NCBI RefSeq assembly: GCF_003704095.1
Contig: NW_020843703.1
Location: forward strand, 62,001 to 126,000
From: Pocillopora damicornis
Lineage: Eukaryota
Length of the DNA: 64,000 nucleotides
Direction of reading: 5' to 3'
Part shown: piece after piece, positions 13,396 through 25,726 of the stretch
Layout: each line of letters opens with the position of its first letter
Position numbering within the stretch: the first letter of the stretch is position 1
Program-made: the position numbers and the translations under genes
Notes under the pieces: model-generated
Seen by the model: only the letters and a program-made list of their open reading frames with translations
What the model was told of the DNA's origin: nothing
Databases searched by the model: none

Positions 13396-13462
13396 TTTGA
13401 CTTCCGTTTGTTCGAACACGCGTGAACAAACAATTCAGCCGCTGACCAAGGATAAATCCAAT
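13396..13462. promoter_or_regulatory. Compact bidirectional promoter / 5' UTR region between SZRD1 and ACOT7
   Basis: 67 nt between divergent ATGs. Contains an ETS-like ACTTCCG (13400-13406), a CACGCGTG palindrome (13417-13424) and an inverted repeat GTTTGTTC/GAACAAAC. Confidence 0.65.
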
Positions 13463-16400
13463 ATGGCGGCGAAAGTGGCCGGAGCTGAGTCATCAAAAGA
13501 AGTTGAAGATTCCATTTCTCGTGGATCAATAGAAGTTTGTCGCCTTATGCATCCTGATGATGCCAACTTAGCAGGCAATGTTCATGGGGGCACGATTCTG
13601 AAGTTGATCGAGGAAGGAGGGTTCATAATAGCAACAAGGCATTGCAACAGGAATCGAACCAAAGACGAGCCCGTTCTGGCTGCTTTGGCACGTGTGGAAA
13701 GAACTGACTTTATACAACCGATGTTCATCGGTGAAGTTGCACAAGTTCACGTTCAGTTGGGCTACGCATCGAAGCGATCATTAGAAGTTAAAGCCAGTGT
13801 CTGGGCAGAAAATGTTCTAACCGGAAGTCGCAGATTGACCAATCGCGCCTCTCTTTGGTATGTTCCAATCGTAATGGGGTCAGATGTTCGAATTATTCCT
13901 GAGGTTCCCTCGTTGGAGTACTCCAGCAAAGATGAGGAGGAAAAAGGCAAAGAGCGATACGAACTACAGAAGAGAGCCAGGCTTGATAAGGAGGAACATT
14001 TCCAAGAGGTACTTGTAAGGCGGTAAAGTGATGGGCCTTCCATTTAACCTTTATACTTAGGATCTAATTTCCTTTCAAGCTGCAAGATATATTCCATAAA
14101 ATACATTGAGATAATTTGGTGTTGAATGAAGATAACACCCTAAGCCGATAAGTTTGTCTTTACCATCACCTGTTCCATGACACTCCATTTTGTATTCCTG
14201 TGTTCAGTATTTAAGTATTAGTGAATTTGTCTTTAAAGGTGAAGAAAAAAATATATTTAAAAATAAAAATAAACGATTATGTTAGCAGTTTTGTTGTGGT
14301 TTATTATTGGCCCATAGCAAGCTTTAGTTGGACTGTGTAACCAAACCCACATTTTTACACAATTTAAGGATAAAGTTCTTTTTTGGATGTTACATTTTTT
14401 CCTGCCTGTATACCTTAAAGTACATTTTATCTTTGCAGAATCCCCCAAGCAACAATGTGGTTTCCCCATTAGTTCACCCAGCTGGAAAGAATGTGTCACG
14501 TTATAGTGTGTTGAATTCAGAATCATCATTGATCCATTCAGTACAGCCATCAGAGTGTACAAAAGCTGGATTTGTTCTTGGAGGAGTGACCATGAAAATG
14601 ATGGATGAGGTGGCAGGAATTGTGGCATTTAGACATTGTAAAACTAATGTGGTCACTGCATCCATCGGTGGGTTTACTTTTCTTAGAGAAAATATCATTT
14701 ACATCTGAAATCTTAACTGAACAATTTAGAGCATTGATAGTCATGTGCTCTAATTTACAGCAGTTTGAGATTTCATGAAAGTGGATTCCAAAGTACATGT
14801 ATATTGTCTCCACATGCACATTTTTATATAACAGTTTATCCTATTTGTTACCTCTGGAAATATCACCTGCATCATTTGTGACTTTGTTGATAACTTCTGC
14901 TAAGGTAGTCAAAATGTCACTCACCACAATTTACAACAGTCCTTCTCAGGACATCTTTCTTCCTGATGATCAAACTACCTACCTGTTTTCTTGACTATTT
15001 TGTTCCTTTTCTCATGGGAAAAAGGCAACTGTTCTTTATTTAGGAATACACTTTTGCTATGGGTAGTTTTCTTATAACCCTTTAACTCCCAGATCAAATT
15101 TGTCATTCTCCTTACTGTCAACTATATAATTCATACAATGTTAGTTCAGAGAATTTAGTATTGGATCAACTAATTATTTGCAAATTTATATATTTCTTTA
15201 CTCTCATCACTTATCTGGTTGATATTGTATTGATATTGTCAGGAGAAATTCTGTCTTGGTCACTCATGAGAGTTAAAGGGTGAAGTTTTATCCTAGTTTT
15301 GATGAATTGGTGAGAGGACTTTGTGTTCCCCAATTTTGCTCCAGTCATAGTGAGAAATTGGACTCCATCAGTAATCAAAATTAATGGTTACTAGACTTGG
15401 TCATACTGTAGTTGAGAATAAAGTAAACAATTCTTTCTTTAGACTTGAATTTTACATTTTTTCTTAGTCTGCCCAAAGAGTTTGATAATAGCAACTTAAG
15501 AGAGCTTGCATGCGCACTGGACCTAACAATGTCAATAATCTCAAATTTCCTAATAGTCACTCGTTCTCTACTTTTTCAATTACTGTGTTTGTCATTCCAG
15601 ATGCCATTGACTTCCATGCCCCTGTCAAGCTTGGTCATATTATACATATTACTGGCCGAGCAACGTTCACTAGTGCCAAGTCAATGGAGATAGAGGTTGT
15701 TGTATATGCCAAGGACTATCATACAGGTGCAGTATTTAGTAACAGTTTCCTGCTCTTCTAATCAACTTTCTGCTAGTAATCCTCATATGGGGTACTTTGT
15801 AATTGATTATTGTAAAAATAAAACCATTATTATCATAAAAGACATTCAACATAAAGGTTGATATAAGTCAGTCAGTCAGTCAGTATTTTTACCTCATGGG
15901 ATGACATCAGTCATAATATAAGATTCAGAGTTTAAGTGTGGACCTGAAATTCACTCACTTGCTCACTCACTTCTGATCTATTGAACAATATATGCATTTA
16001 ATGTGGATTAAACACATCATCTCCTGCCTCCCCTTCTAGGTTTGGTCCCATTCCCAAAGTTGTGCCATTCTGTTCTGTTCATATTTATGGGGGTGGGACA
16101 AAAGCAGAAATTTTCACAACTGGCATCTTAAAGCAGAAAAAATTAAAAAATCCTTCACTCACATTGCAGTGCATGACAATTTGACTCCTTAAAAATTGTC
16201 TGTGTTTACTGAGAAATTTATAGCATGATTGACAATTTCATGGATTTTCAATGACCTGTGTTGTTCCTTAACTTAAGAGTTTGGATCTTATTGAAAACTG
16301 CTGTAATGTCCTATTTGTTTAACTTATATGTTCTTGTGACACACAGATGACAGCATAAGAGCTTGCAGTGCATACTTCACATTTGTGTCCCTTGATGAAA

Positions 16401-16519
16401 AAAGAAGACCCCAAGCTATTCCCTTTTTGGAACTTCACACTGAGGAGGAGGCAAGACGTTTTGAGGCAGGCAATAAAAGATATCAAAAACGTAAAGAGAG
16501 GAGAGAAGGTCAAAGCTGA
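13463..16519 (+). CDS. ACOT7: Cytosolic acyl-CoA thioesterase (double hotdog fold), ACOT7-like; 4 exons
   Basis: Exons 13463-14008, 14439-14667, 15601-15726, 16347-16519, GT-AG and in phase. Motifs MHPDDANLAGNVHGGTILKLIEE, GGVTMKMMDEVAG, VVTASIDAIDF, FTFVSLD. Confidence 0.9.
15075..15283. mobile_element. MITE family 1 copy in ACOT7 intron 2
   Basis: Terminal inverted repeats ccctttaactc ... gagttaaaggg. Confidence 0.8.
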
Positions 16520-17296
16520 ATGATGGGCTTTGGGGGACATGTAATCAAACAGGGCCATGATTAGTTTGGTTTTAGCTGTGGTTCATGTAGTTATTGCAAG
16601 AATCAGTACATGCTTGCATTTATTACACATAGGTGTGTGTAGTGGCACTCAGTTGGCATGTACTGTGCATGCATTGCTTAGGATTTGCACATACATAAAG
16701 TGCGTGTAAGGCTGTTTGTAGTAGTAGAAACAGCTTTGCGAAGGCTGTGGGTTATAAAATAAAGATTTTCAGGACACCAGATATACAAGTATACAAGTAT
16801 ACCTGTGCAGAATTTAGACTAGGTTTCTCTAGAGTCAACAGAATTTAATTTAACAAGACACCTGTGAAAATGGTTTAATGTTTTAAGATATAATTTATTA
16901 ACTGATATGTGATCATTAAACTAAGATAAATTTGTGTTAGAAAAGGACTTTTTATTTGTGAGTTTCGGAGAAACAGACTAAAATTTGTATTTTTAACTTA
17001 CTAAACTTTTGAAGAACAGACCAAACTTAAATACTTAAAAAGTAATAACAATTACATTGCATTGTTTACCTGATTACATGTAGCTGTATATAGTTTAAGG
17101 TAACATTTTGTAATGAGTAATATTACTGGTTGTATTTTTCATTTTTATGAAATATTTAAATAAATATTTATGGTCTTGTTCGCAGTTTGAATCTGTGTAC
17201 ATACATGTCAGCACAAGTAGATTCCTCCACTTTGTGTCTCATGGCTGTCTCCTAAAGAGATTTTCAATTTGAGGTTTTATTTTGGTCTTGATGTCA

Positions 17297-17787
17297 GTCT
17301 ACCATCTCTCAGTCTGACACTCAGTACTTTGGCGGTTGTCAGTTAATCAGTCAGTCAGTGTATTGGCTGGTTGGTAGGTTGGCTAGTCATTCAGTTAGCC
17401 TGTTAGAGGGACTATCCTTCTCCCTGCCTGTCTGTTTGTCTGTCCACCATTTCTCTGTCTGTCTATCGGTCACTTATGCAGTGCTTTGGCAGTTGGTCAG
17501 ATAAGTAGTCAATCATTGTGTTGGCTGGTCAGTAGGGTTGGCCAGTCATTCTGTTAGCCTGTCAGTGGGTTGGTGGGGCTGTCCCTCTCCTTGTCTGTCT
17601 GTCTGCCTATCCATCTCTCTGTCTGTCTATCAGTCATTCACTCAGTCCTTTGGCAGTTGGTCTGTTAATCAGTCAATCAGTGTGTTGGCTGATCAATCGG
17701 TTGGCCAGCCTGTTAGTGGGTGGGTGGGGCTGTCCCTCTCCCTGTCTGTCTGTCTGTCTGTCTGTCTGTCTTTGTATCAATGTCTGT
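17297..17787. repeat. Three diverged ~160-bp tandem units built from CTGT/CAGT tetranucleotides
   Basis: The blocks ctttggcagttgg, gtgttggctg, agcctgt and ctgtccctctcc each recur three times in the same order. Confidence 0.75.
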
Positions 17788-18451
17788 AACACTGACTAGC
17801 TAATAAACATGTCTTTATGGACTGTCGTTATGTGACTCGTACTAATTGCAACTACAACTGATACACGTTCAGTAAACACACAAATGACCCCTCTGATGAG
17901 TCTCCTTCCCTTGTACCTCACACTTATATTTGAAAGCCTATATTAGTTCATTCTGATTACGGAAGGTTTATCATCCATACATTTGCATACTGAGTACAGT
18001 TTTAATTCAGGCCGGGAGACAGTTCAGAATAAAATTTATGATTCAATATTTTGGTTCTCAGTGGGTTTTCGATAAGACTCCTTCCACTACTTGAATAAAC
18101 CCCCTTTTCTATATCTAAGGGTAAAGGCTTATGTGGTACCGGTCATATGACATGTGATTTTAACTCTACACCCGATAAGTTTCTACCAAATATGTTTTGC
18201 GATTCGAATGCGTCTGGTATACATAGAAACCAGTATTTCCAAATCGCTTTTTTTCAGTTTCCTGATCACTCTCTTTTCAGTAAATTATCAAGCTCCTAAA
18301 CTCAGTCACCTTGAATTTTCTCACTGAAAATTATTTAAAGGTGCTCTGTAATCTCCCTTTCCAAGTGATTTGATACGTAACGTTTTCCAGTATTTGAAGC
18401 GAGCCAGAAGCTTCCTCGTTTCAGAGTTCAGCTCATTCCTAGCACTCAAGA

Positions 18452-19576
18452 CTAGACTGTCGTCCTATTCTCATTGTTGGCTCTGAGACTTACGAGATGG
18501 ACTCCTCGTGGGAAAACACTTAACGAACTAAAACTTGTTGCCGACTGAGAGATCACGGACAGTGTTGCTCCGCCACGTAGTCGACTCGGAGCACGGCATT
18601 TAAGTTTCTTTAAGATGCTTTTGAAACTACTGCGGTACTTTTGGCTGAAAATGATGTATAAACATGGCGTCACAGCACTGTTGGAATGAGCTAAGAAGTA
18701 CCTGACAAACTGAACATTGCACGATATTGAAATTCCGATGATGGCTTTGCGCATGACGAAATAACTGAGCCAACATGATATAAATGCGAGTGTAACAGCA
18801 AACAACATTTTAAAAACGTTTGCGTTCACCTTATCTTTGGAAGCTTTGCGTGCATTTGCGGCTGCATACCTGTTTGCGACGCTCCTTCTTCTGAGCTTAA
18901 TCACAGCCAGCGAGTAAAGAAGGACTATCAGAAACAAAGGAAGGGCATAAAAAATGGCCGCCAAGACGTTGTCATAAATTTTCCTGCCTTTTGAGCTTAC
19001 AAACAATTTGTTTAGATATGCTCGGCAAATCAGTGCTCCCCCCTGACCAGGCACCAGTTTCAGCGCAATGACATTTGGCAGGTGAACAATAAAAGACATC
19101 AACCAAACTGCAATGAGAATCACCTTGACTCTGCGCACAGTTAACCTGTTATTTGCAAACGGCGAAACTGCAAAAAACCTCTCCACGCTGAGAAATACTA
19201 GAGTTAGGATTGTTACTTTCACCGATACCAGGTGAGTTGTGGGAACGGTTTTGCACAAGACGAGGCCTATGGTGCCTCCAGCTAGCCAATCATAGCTTCG
19301 TATCACCGCTGATATCATCCTGGGCATGTATACAACAGTTATAGCCAAGTCTGCGGCAGCCATATTGGCTATAAGATAATTGACTGGTTTGCGCATCTTT
19401 CGGTCTTGCCACAGGACACCAATAACCAGGGAGTTTCCACATAGCGAGAATAGTAGGATGATTGTGTAGGCCAGTACACGGCTAGCTTTTATCACTGGCT
19501 GGTCAGACTCGAAGCACACAGTCATCACTTTTCCGTGGGCCAACTGCGTGAAATTGTCGCTAATATTTTCGTACAT
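18452..19576 (-). CDS. Intronless orphan class A GPCR (neuropeptide-receptor-like, ERF motif)
   Basis: 374-aa ORF, 7 TM: GN, MAAADL, ERF, CWLSY, NSAVTPCLY. Confidence 0.88.
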   Translation of the reverse strand: MYENISDNFTQLAHGKVMTVCFESDQPVIKASRVLAYTIILLFSLCGNSLVIGVLWQDRKMRKPVNYLIANMAAADLAITVVYMPRMISAVIRSYDWLAGGTIGLVLCKTVPTTHLVSVKVTILTLVFLSVERFFAVSPFANNRLTVRRVKVILIAVWLMSFIVHLPNVIALKLVPGQGGALICRAYLNKLFVSSKGRKIYDNVLAAIFYALPLFLIVLLYSLAVIKLRRRSVANRYAAANARKASKDKVNANVFKMLFAVTLAFISCWLSYFVMRKAIIGISISCNVQFVRYFLAHSNSAVTPCLYIIFSQKYRSSFKSILKKLKCRAPSRLRGGATLSVISQSATSFSSLSVFPRGVHLVSLRANNENRTTV

Positions 19577-21294
19577 GATCAGGGTTTGTGGTTAAAAATT
19601 ATATTCGGCCGTTTCCCGCCAGACCACGTCTAACAGAAAAATTTCAAAAAAAGAAATGCTTAATTTAGATTGGTATATTTTCAGTTTTACACATTTTTAA
19701 TCAAACGAACTGATCATAGGTGACTCGTAAAAAAGGAATAAAATAAAATAAAAAAACAAAGCGTTTCTTTAACTAGATTCTCATGGTAAATCTTTATAAT
19801 GTATTTGTTTCATTGGTCAATAACTAGTTTTTTGAATTGGACTTATGACCGTCAAAATATTAGTCTTAAGCACAATCATGTTTAGCTGAAGTAAAATTGA
19901 CGAACACAATTCATCAAATTGCTGGCTACATTATACATAACTTGCCTTTTGTTCCTATTCTGCCACAAAATGTAAATATAACAAATGACTTTCTAAAGAA
20001 CCGTTGGGTCTGTCGACGTCTTTACAATCCACCGCAGATATGAAATACGAAATTTTTTTGATGGCAACAAGGAGAGGATCTGAAACCGAGCCTTACAATT
20101 CCTTCAACTCACTGCCTAGGAGGACGATATTTCCTCTTTCGTCCATAGATGATCTCTTGCACTTTATCATCATTCGAAGGAAAGTTCTCTTTGCACTCAA
20201 CGTCCAGTTCAAAGAGTAATCGTTCTCAACTAAAAACACGCTCCTGAAAAAAGTGCGAAAAAAAAAGGCGTCTTTTAAATTAAACTGTAATTGTTAACGC
20301 CAAATAAGTTAAAGTCTATGTTTATTTTCTTGAAGAGTTGTGGGTTGTGAAAAGCGGCTCTCGTAATCGCAGAAAAGGTTTCGATGGCGGAGTGGGAAGT
20401 GTTTACGGCATGTTCATAATAGCCCTTATTTTGTGTTTGTTTTTGTTATCGCTCAGAAAGAGAAACGTGGGATTTTTTTCATCAAGGCTTGTTTGTTTAG
20501 ATTGCCATGGTTTTGTTTGATGTTGGCGTCGGTTCCCGCCATTGTATCTGAATAATGAATTGCAGATGATATACATTCGAGTTCACATCGTGCGGCTGTG
20601 AATCTGAGTTACAACCGCCATCGCATCGATGGGGTTGTTAAAATCAGTTTTGAATGAATACTTTGATGCTTTTATTCTTTTTTATCACAATACAGTAGCG
20701 ATTTGGAAAAAAGAGACCATTTTCTTAGAGTTTGTTACACCTGCAGACTTAGTAAACCAAGACTGAACAAAGAGTAGTTTGTCAGGTGCATTGTGTAAAT
20801 AATGTAAAACGGCCAAGGATTCTTAGAAAACAAACAAAAGAATCCCAAACTGTCAAACACACTATTGGGCAGTCCTGGCAATCATGACATGGATTTTCAA
20901 AATCTCAATCAATCCACAAATGCGCACTAAAAAAATTCCCTACGGTAAAGTACTTCTTGTACAGAAGACATGATATGCTAAGGTTTTCCTCATCTGTAAC
21001 TTTCTTTTTTAAATCCATCACTTTTTAATTTGGCTTCTTTTCTAAATTTCGAATATTTGAAAATCAAGGCTAACAATCCTTGTTTTGAGAAGTTCTATCA
21101 TTTCTGCGACCGAGAAACCCAAGTGTTGCTACTGCACCTGAATTTGTGTTTCAGATGAATATCCACTTTCAGATAAATCGATATAAGGCAGTTTCTCAAC
21201 TATCAGCCAGTCTAATTTCCACATTGAAATTATGAAGAAAGTACTCTGGCGATAGGTTTCGTTTATATCCTTACCTTCCCTTCCTAATTGATTA

Positions 21295-21700
21295 GAGCCG
21301 GTCTCAATGGTTTCGTCGTAAAACGGCAAAAACAATTAACAGTTAACCCTTTTACTCCCGTGCGCGACCAAGACAGAATTTCTCCTTACCATATCTATAC
21401 AGCATCATGCAGAAAAGTGATGAGAATAAAGAAGAATACCAATCATGGGATAGCTAATTGATCTGATACCAAATTCTCCAAACTGACATCATGAGAATCA
21501 TCTGGTAGAAAGTTAAGAGAATTAGTAATGCGATCTTAGGAGTTGAAGGGTTAAGCGTATAAATTGACGAATTTTAACCTTTTGTCGTTAAAAAAAGTAA
21601 CCGCAAAACCTTTTTTTTTAAAAGCAATGGAACTGTTAACCGTAAAATGGCCAAAATTTTAACCGTTAGGCGTAACAACCATCACCCCATTGAGACCCTC
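21295..21700. mobile_element. TIR element (GGTCTCAATGG/CCATTGAGACC) containing a nested family 1 MITE at 21343-21554
   Basis: 11-bp perfect inverted repeat near the ends; the inner element is bounded by TTAA on both sides. Confidence 0.75.
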
Positions 21701-23082
21701 CGATTATGTTTTAAATGTGACCCTTTTATATATAATCTTTTCTTTGCGGGGTTACGGAGAAGAAGGCGTGCAAGTTGAAAATTATTAAGCCATGAATAGG
21801 TGGTTCCTTCCGATTTATGATGAAACTTTTATTACGTAGCTGTCTTATTTGCACACAGTTAATGGTAACTATTCCGATATTTGAGTATTTACTAAATGGC
21901 CATGAAGTACTTTGATGTTTCAAACCGTAAACTTTCCCACGAAAACTAGGTACTTATACTATTCCTAATATTTGTCTAATTGAATCTATCAGAGAGTGAT
22001 GAAAACTCGTCACCAATCTCGCACATCCAATTCGAAAAAGATAAAAAAATCATACTGAAGTCAGTATTGCGTCAGTATTTTAAGTCCTGTATTACCACAT
22101 TATGCGTTCATGGTTAATAATTGTTTATACGAGACGAAAAAAATCTATGAGGGTTATAATTAAAGCTCCAAAAAAGAAAGGGAGAGCTTCCTTCTCTCAA
22201 CGGCCTCTTGCCAAAAGTAATTTCGCAGAAAAGACGCTTCAAACAGCCCACGAGGGCGAAAAAATATCACAAATGAGTCGATTAACATTTCATTTAACAT
22301 TATTGAGACTATTGAGATTCATCCTGAGATGTAATTTAGATAAACAATTTTCAGAGCTTTATTTATAATCCTCATAGATTTTGTTCGTCTCATGTCAACA
22401 ATCATTAACCACCAACACATAGTGTGGTATGCCTGTGGCATTACATTGCCTCATATGGCTTATTGGATCCCCATTCAGTCCAAGGAATTGAGAAGAGTCC
22501 ACAGTAAAACGGGTTATGCGCTTTCTTAAATTCTCCCATTTTTTTTTGTATAAGATTGGCCATCAAGATCCTTGAACACTTTGATCCTGTTAAGAGAGGG
22601 AAAAAAAGGAAGAGAAAGGTGTGGCCTATTTACATACTTCATAACTTCTTTTTGTTACGAAGGAAAAATGTTCTCCAGAACGGCAGTTTTCACGGAAATG
22701 GAGTCGCTAAACACCTTTAGAGAATTATTAAGACATAAAATGAGAAATCCATGACAGTTTTGAAAAGCTGCGTTGAAATTCTTGGTGGAATCTCTTAGCC
22801 AGTTAAGGAATCATTTATCACTGAGCTTTGTCGGTTCAAATGACCGCATTTGAGCCTCGTTATTTTTGTGTTTGTTTGTGTTTTCATGAAAACGCAGTTA
22901 ATGAAAATCAAAAGAAAACGAACAAACAAACAAACAAAAAACTTGGAAACAAATTAGAGAAATTACAAGAAAAACTGAAGATCAATACCATATAATCCTT
23001 TCAGCTTGCAATTGATCCTCCAACAATGGCTAAAGGAAATGAAACTCGAGTGAAGTATTTCTTCTAGGAGTGGTATACCTTC

Positions 23083-24159
23083 CTAACTTCCCAAGGATCT
23101 TACACTGAGCAACTCAATGTTAGATCGTGAACGGTCTCTTTTCGACGGCGCATATGCAAGCCTGATAATTCTTGACCTTTCAATTTTCAGTTCTCGCCAT
23201 TTTATCTGAATAGCTCTAGCACTAAACGCAAAACATATGATCGGGTTGCATGCACTGTTCAAGTGCCCAAGGTAAAACCGCAAGAAGTGAACCTCACAGG
23301 GGATAACCACATTCCAAAACTCCTGTAACGGTATGACGAGGAAATAAAGCAACCAGCATAGAAGGAAAGCTGTTATTACGGCCAGGATCATTTTATTCAC
23401 CTTTCTAGTCGTAGCTAATACGCAATCTCTTGTGACGTTGTCAATCAGGGCATGACGACGTCTTAAGAAGACCGCAATCACAGTGTATATTGTAATTATG
23501 ATAAGCAGAGGCAGACCATAGAATATAACTAACATAGACTCCTGGTACGACCTTCTTGATTGCTTCGTTTGGAAGCTGAGAGAGCCGATCCAAAAGCAGC
23601 CTAACTCACCGGATTGAAATCGAATCGTTTTGACGCCGTAGAGCATTGGGGATCGCGCAGCTAGTGACAGAAGCCAAGTACCACACAGCAAGCATATGGA
23701 GAACTTCTTTGAGATGAAAACTCGTAATGGGAACGTTACAGCTAGGAATCTCTCAAAGGCGATGAGAAGAACTGTTAGAATTGATACGCATATTGAGATT
23801 TCTTGGGAAAAAGACACAAGTACACAAAGAAAAAGTCCTAGAGTGCCCTCCACCAACCATTCAAGGCTGACGAGAATCCGAGCGACCATCCTCGGCATGT
23901 AGACTAAGGTAACAAGAAGGTCCGCGAGAACCATGTTCATGATGCAGCAGTTGATTGTGGTCTTCATATTTTTGCTCTTGAAGTAGATAAATGCTAATAA
24001 AGTATTACCTATGATGGAAGTGCCGATCACAAGAACGTAGGCAAAGACCATGAACACCTTCAAAATGAGATGGTTCGTAAAAGTGAAGCAGGGTACGTCT
24101 GATGTAGCAAAGGTTTCCTTGGAGTCATTAATGATGATACTTAAAGTAAAGTTTTCCAT
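23083..24159 (-). CDS. Intronless orphan class A GPCR, diverged paralogue of 18452-19576
   Basis: 358-aa ORF, 7 TM. Shares ADLxxTxVYMPRM, ERFxAV, IFYxLPL, CWLxYF and LxHxNSA with the neighbour. Confidence 0.88.
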   Translation of the reverse strand: MENFTLSIIINDSKETFATSDVPCFTFTNHLILKVFMVFAYVLVIGTSIIGNTLLAFIYFKSKNMKTTINCCIMNMVLADLLVTLVYMPRMVARILVSLEWLVEGTLGLFLCVLVSFSQEISICVSILTVLLIAFERFLAVTFPLRVFISKKFSICLLCGTWLLSLAARSPMLYGVKTIRFQSGELGCFWIGSLSFQTKQSRRSYQESMLVIFYGLPLLIIITIYTVIAVFLRRRHALIDNVTRDCVLATTRKVNKMILAVITAFLLCWLLYFLVIPLQEFWNVVIPCEVHFLRFYLGHLNSACNPIICFAFSARAIQIKWRELKIERSRIIRLAYAPSKRDRSRSNIELLSVRSLGS

Positions 24160-25726
24160 ATCACCTTGATCAACGCAAAATTCTGGAGGAAAAGGAAATT
24201 TCGGCCGGTAACACTGTTACTGGTTTGCCGAGTGGGTTCCTGGATTGTCGTATGGCTTTGAGCATTTAGTGGCAGCATTTCGGCCCCAAGTTTCCAAAGT
24301 AAGCCTTTTTCCCATGTGGTTAAATACAGCTGCTTACATATGGCGGCATGAAAATAAATAAAAAGATAAAAAACTAGAATAGAGGCAAAAAATGTCTGTT
24401 ACGGATGCCATTCACAATTCTTTAATTTTCAGTGTTCTTTTGTTGGGCAATTTAATTGATTTTACTTGGATATAGGGAACAAAAGCTGGTTCAAAAGGAA
24501 TGGAAATCTAAACGTTTAAACGTGAAAACTACATGTCCAAATGCTGTCTTGAGAAATTTCAATAACCTTGTTGGGAAGATTTAAGGTTTTAGTGCGAAAA
24601 AAAATTAGAATAGATACCCTTATTTAAAGGTAAGCTTTTTATACAATCGACTTTGGCTTTGTGTGGAGAGTTCAGATGTCCTTAAACATAGGAAACAGCT
24701 GTAATCATTGACTCAGGCAAACTGTCAGCTCTTAAAAAAGGAACTACTGAATAGCTTCTTGGACAGCAGAATTTTGTTAATCTCGATGGAAATAGCAATT
24801 TTGATCGGGAAATGAAGAGATGAAAGATATTTCCGTGCCTTAGACCTTTTTGTGTTTGTTTTTGCTGTGGTTGTTTTTACGGTCAATTATAGGTTTCTGG
24901 TAAACTATCAGGTGTCTAAAGACTCAATTCATAAAAATTTGATACTCAGCGGTGATGGTTCGTAAGCTTTTAACTCAAAACTTTTACGAGAGGCTTGAAC
25001 TTCATTCTCAGAAAAAGACGTAATCATACAAAAGTGCTGTCAGTATTGTAGCAGTCTGTTTTCTGATCGATATCGTGTGAAAACTATGGGCTCAACCTCA
25101 CCTCAAGTCGTCAACACTGTCACACGCTAGTTAAAACGTAAAAGAGAAAAAAAAATAATAAAAGAAGTCTTTGTGATAATGAAAGATTAAAGAAAACAGA
25201 GATTGCTTCATTTAGAATTAGAGGTATCCTTCATCATGATACGTTCGCTACCCCTATACAATGCAAATTAGTCAAAACAGAATTTACTTGTTAAATTAAA
25301 TCATTTGACATAATTACCGTAACTCGAGAGCGTGTTTCGAGTCCCCCATTAAGAGTAGGCCGGTATAGAAAGACTTAAAATGAATAACGTTAATAATAAT
25401 GATGATGATGATATTGAAAGTCTTTTATATTACATTGTATTATCATTACTATAATCAGCAAAAAGAAAGTGAAGAGAAGAAAGAGAACAGTAAAAAAAAA
25501 AGGGAAGAAAAAGAAGAGGTTACATTGCTCTATTTCGTAACGGAAGTACAAACAAAATGCAGGTTATCTCATTAAAAATTTAACACCATCCTTCTCTATC
25601 CCTATTAATAAAACGTAAATTAGCAAAAAGAACAAACGTGCTAAATTGTTTAACATATTCAAATTTTCTTGAGAGGGTGTTTGGAGTCACTAATCGACAG
25701 AAATGGAAAACGATTTTACGTTCAGG

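Noticed and set aside
13298-13462. 55-aa N-terminal extension of ACOT7 in the ORF track
   Set aside because: Starts at GTG and overlaps SZRD1 exon 1 in antisense; the ATG at 13463 has the good context and homology begins after it.
453-24159. GPCRs as opsins
   Set aside because: Position 7.43 is Asn or His, not the retinal-binding Lys.
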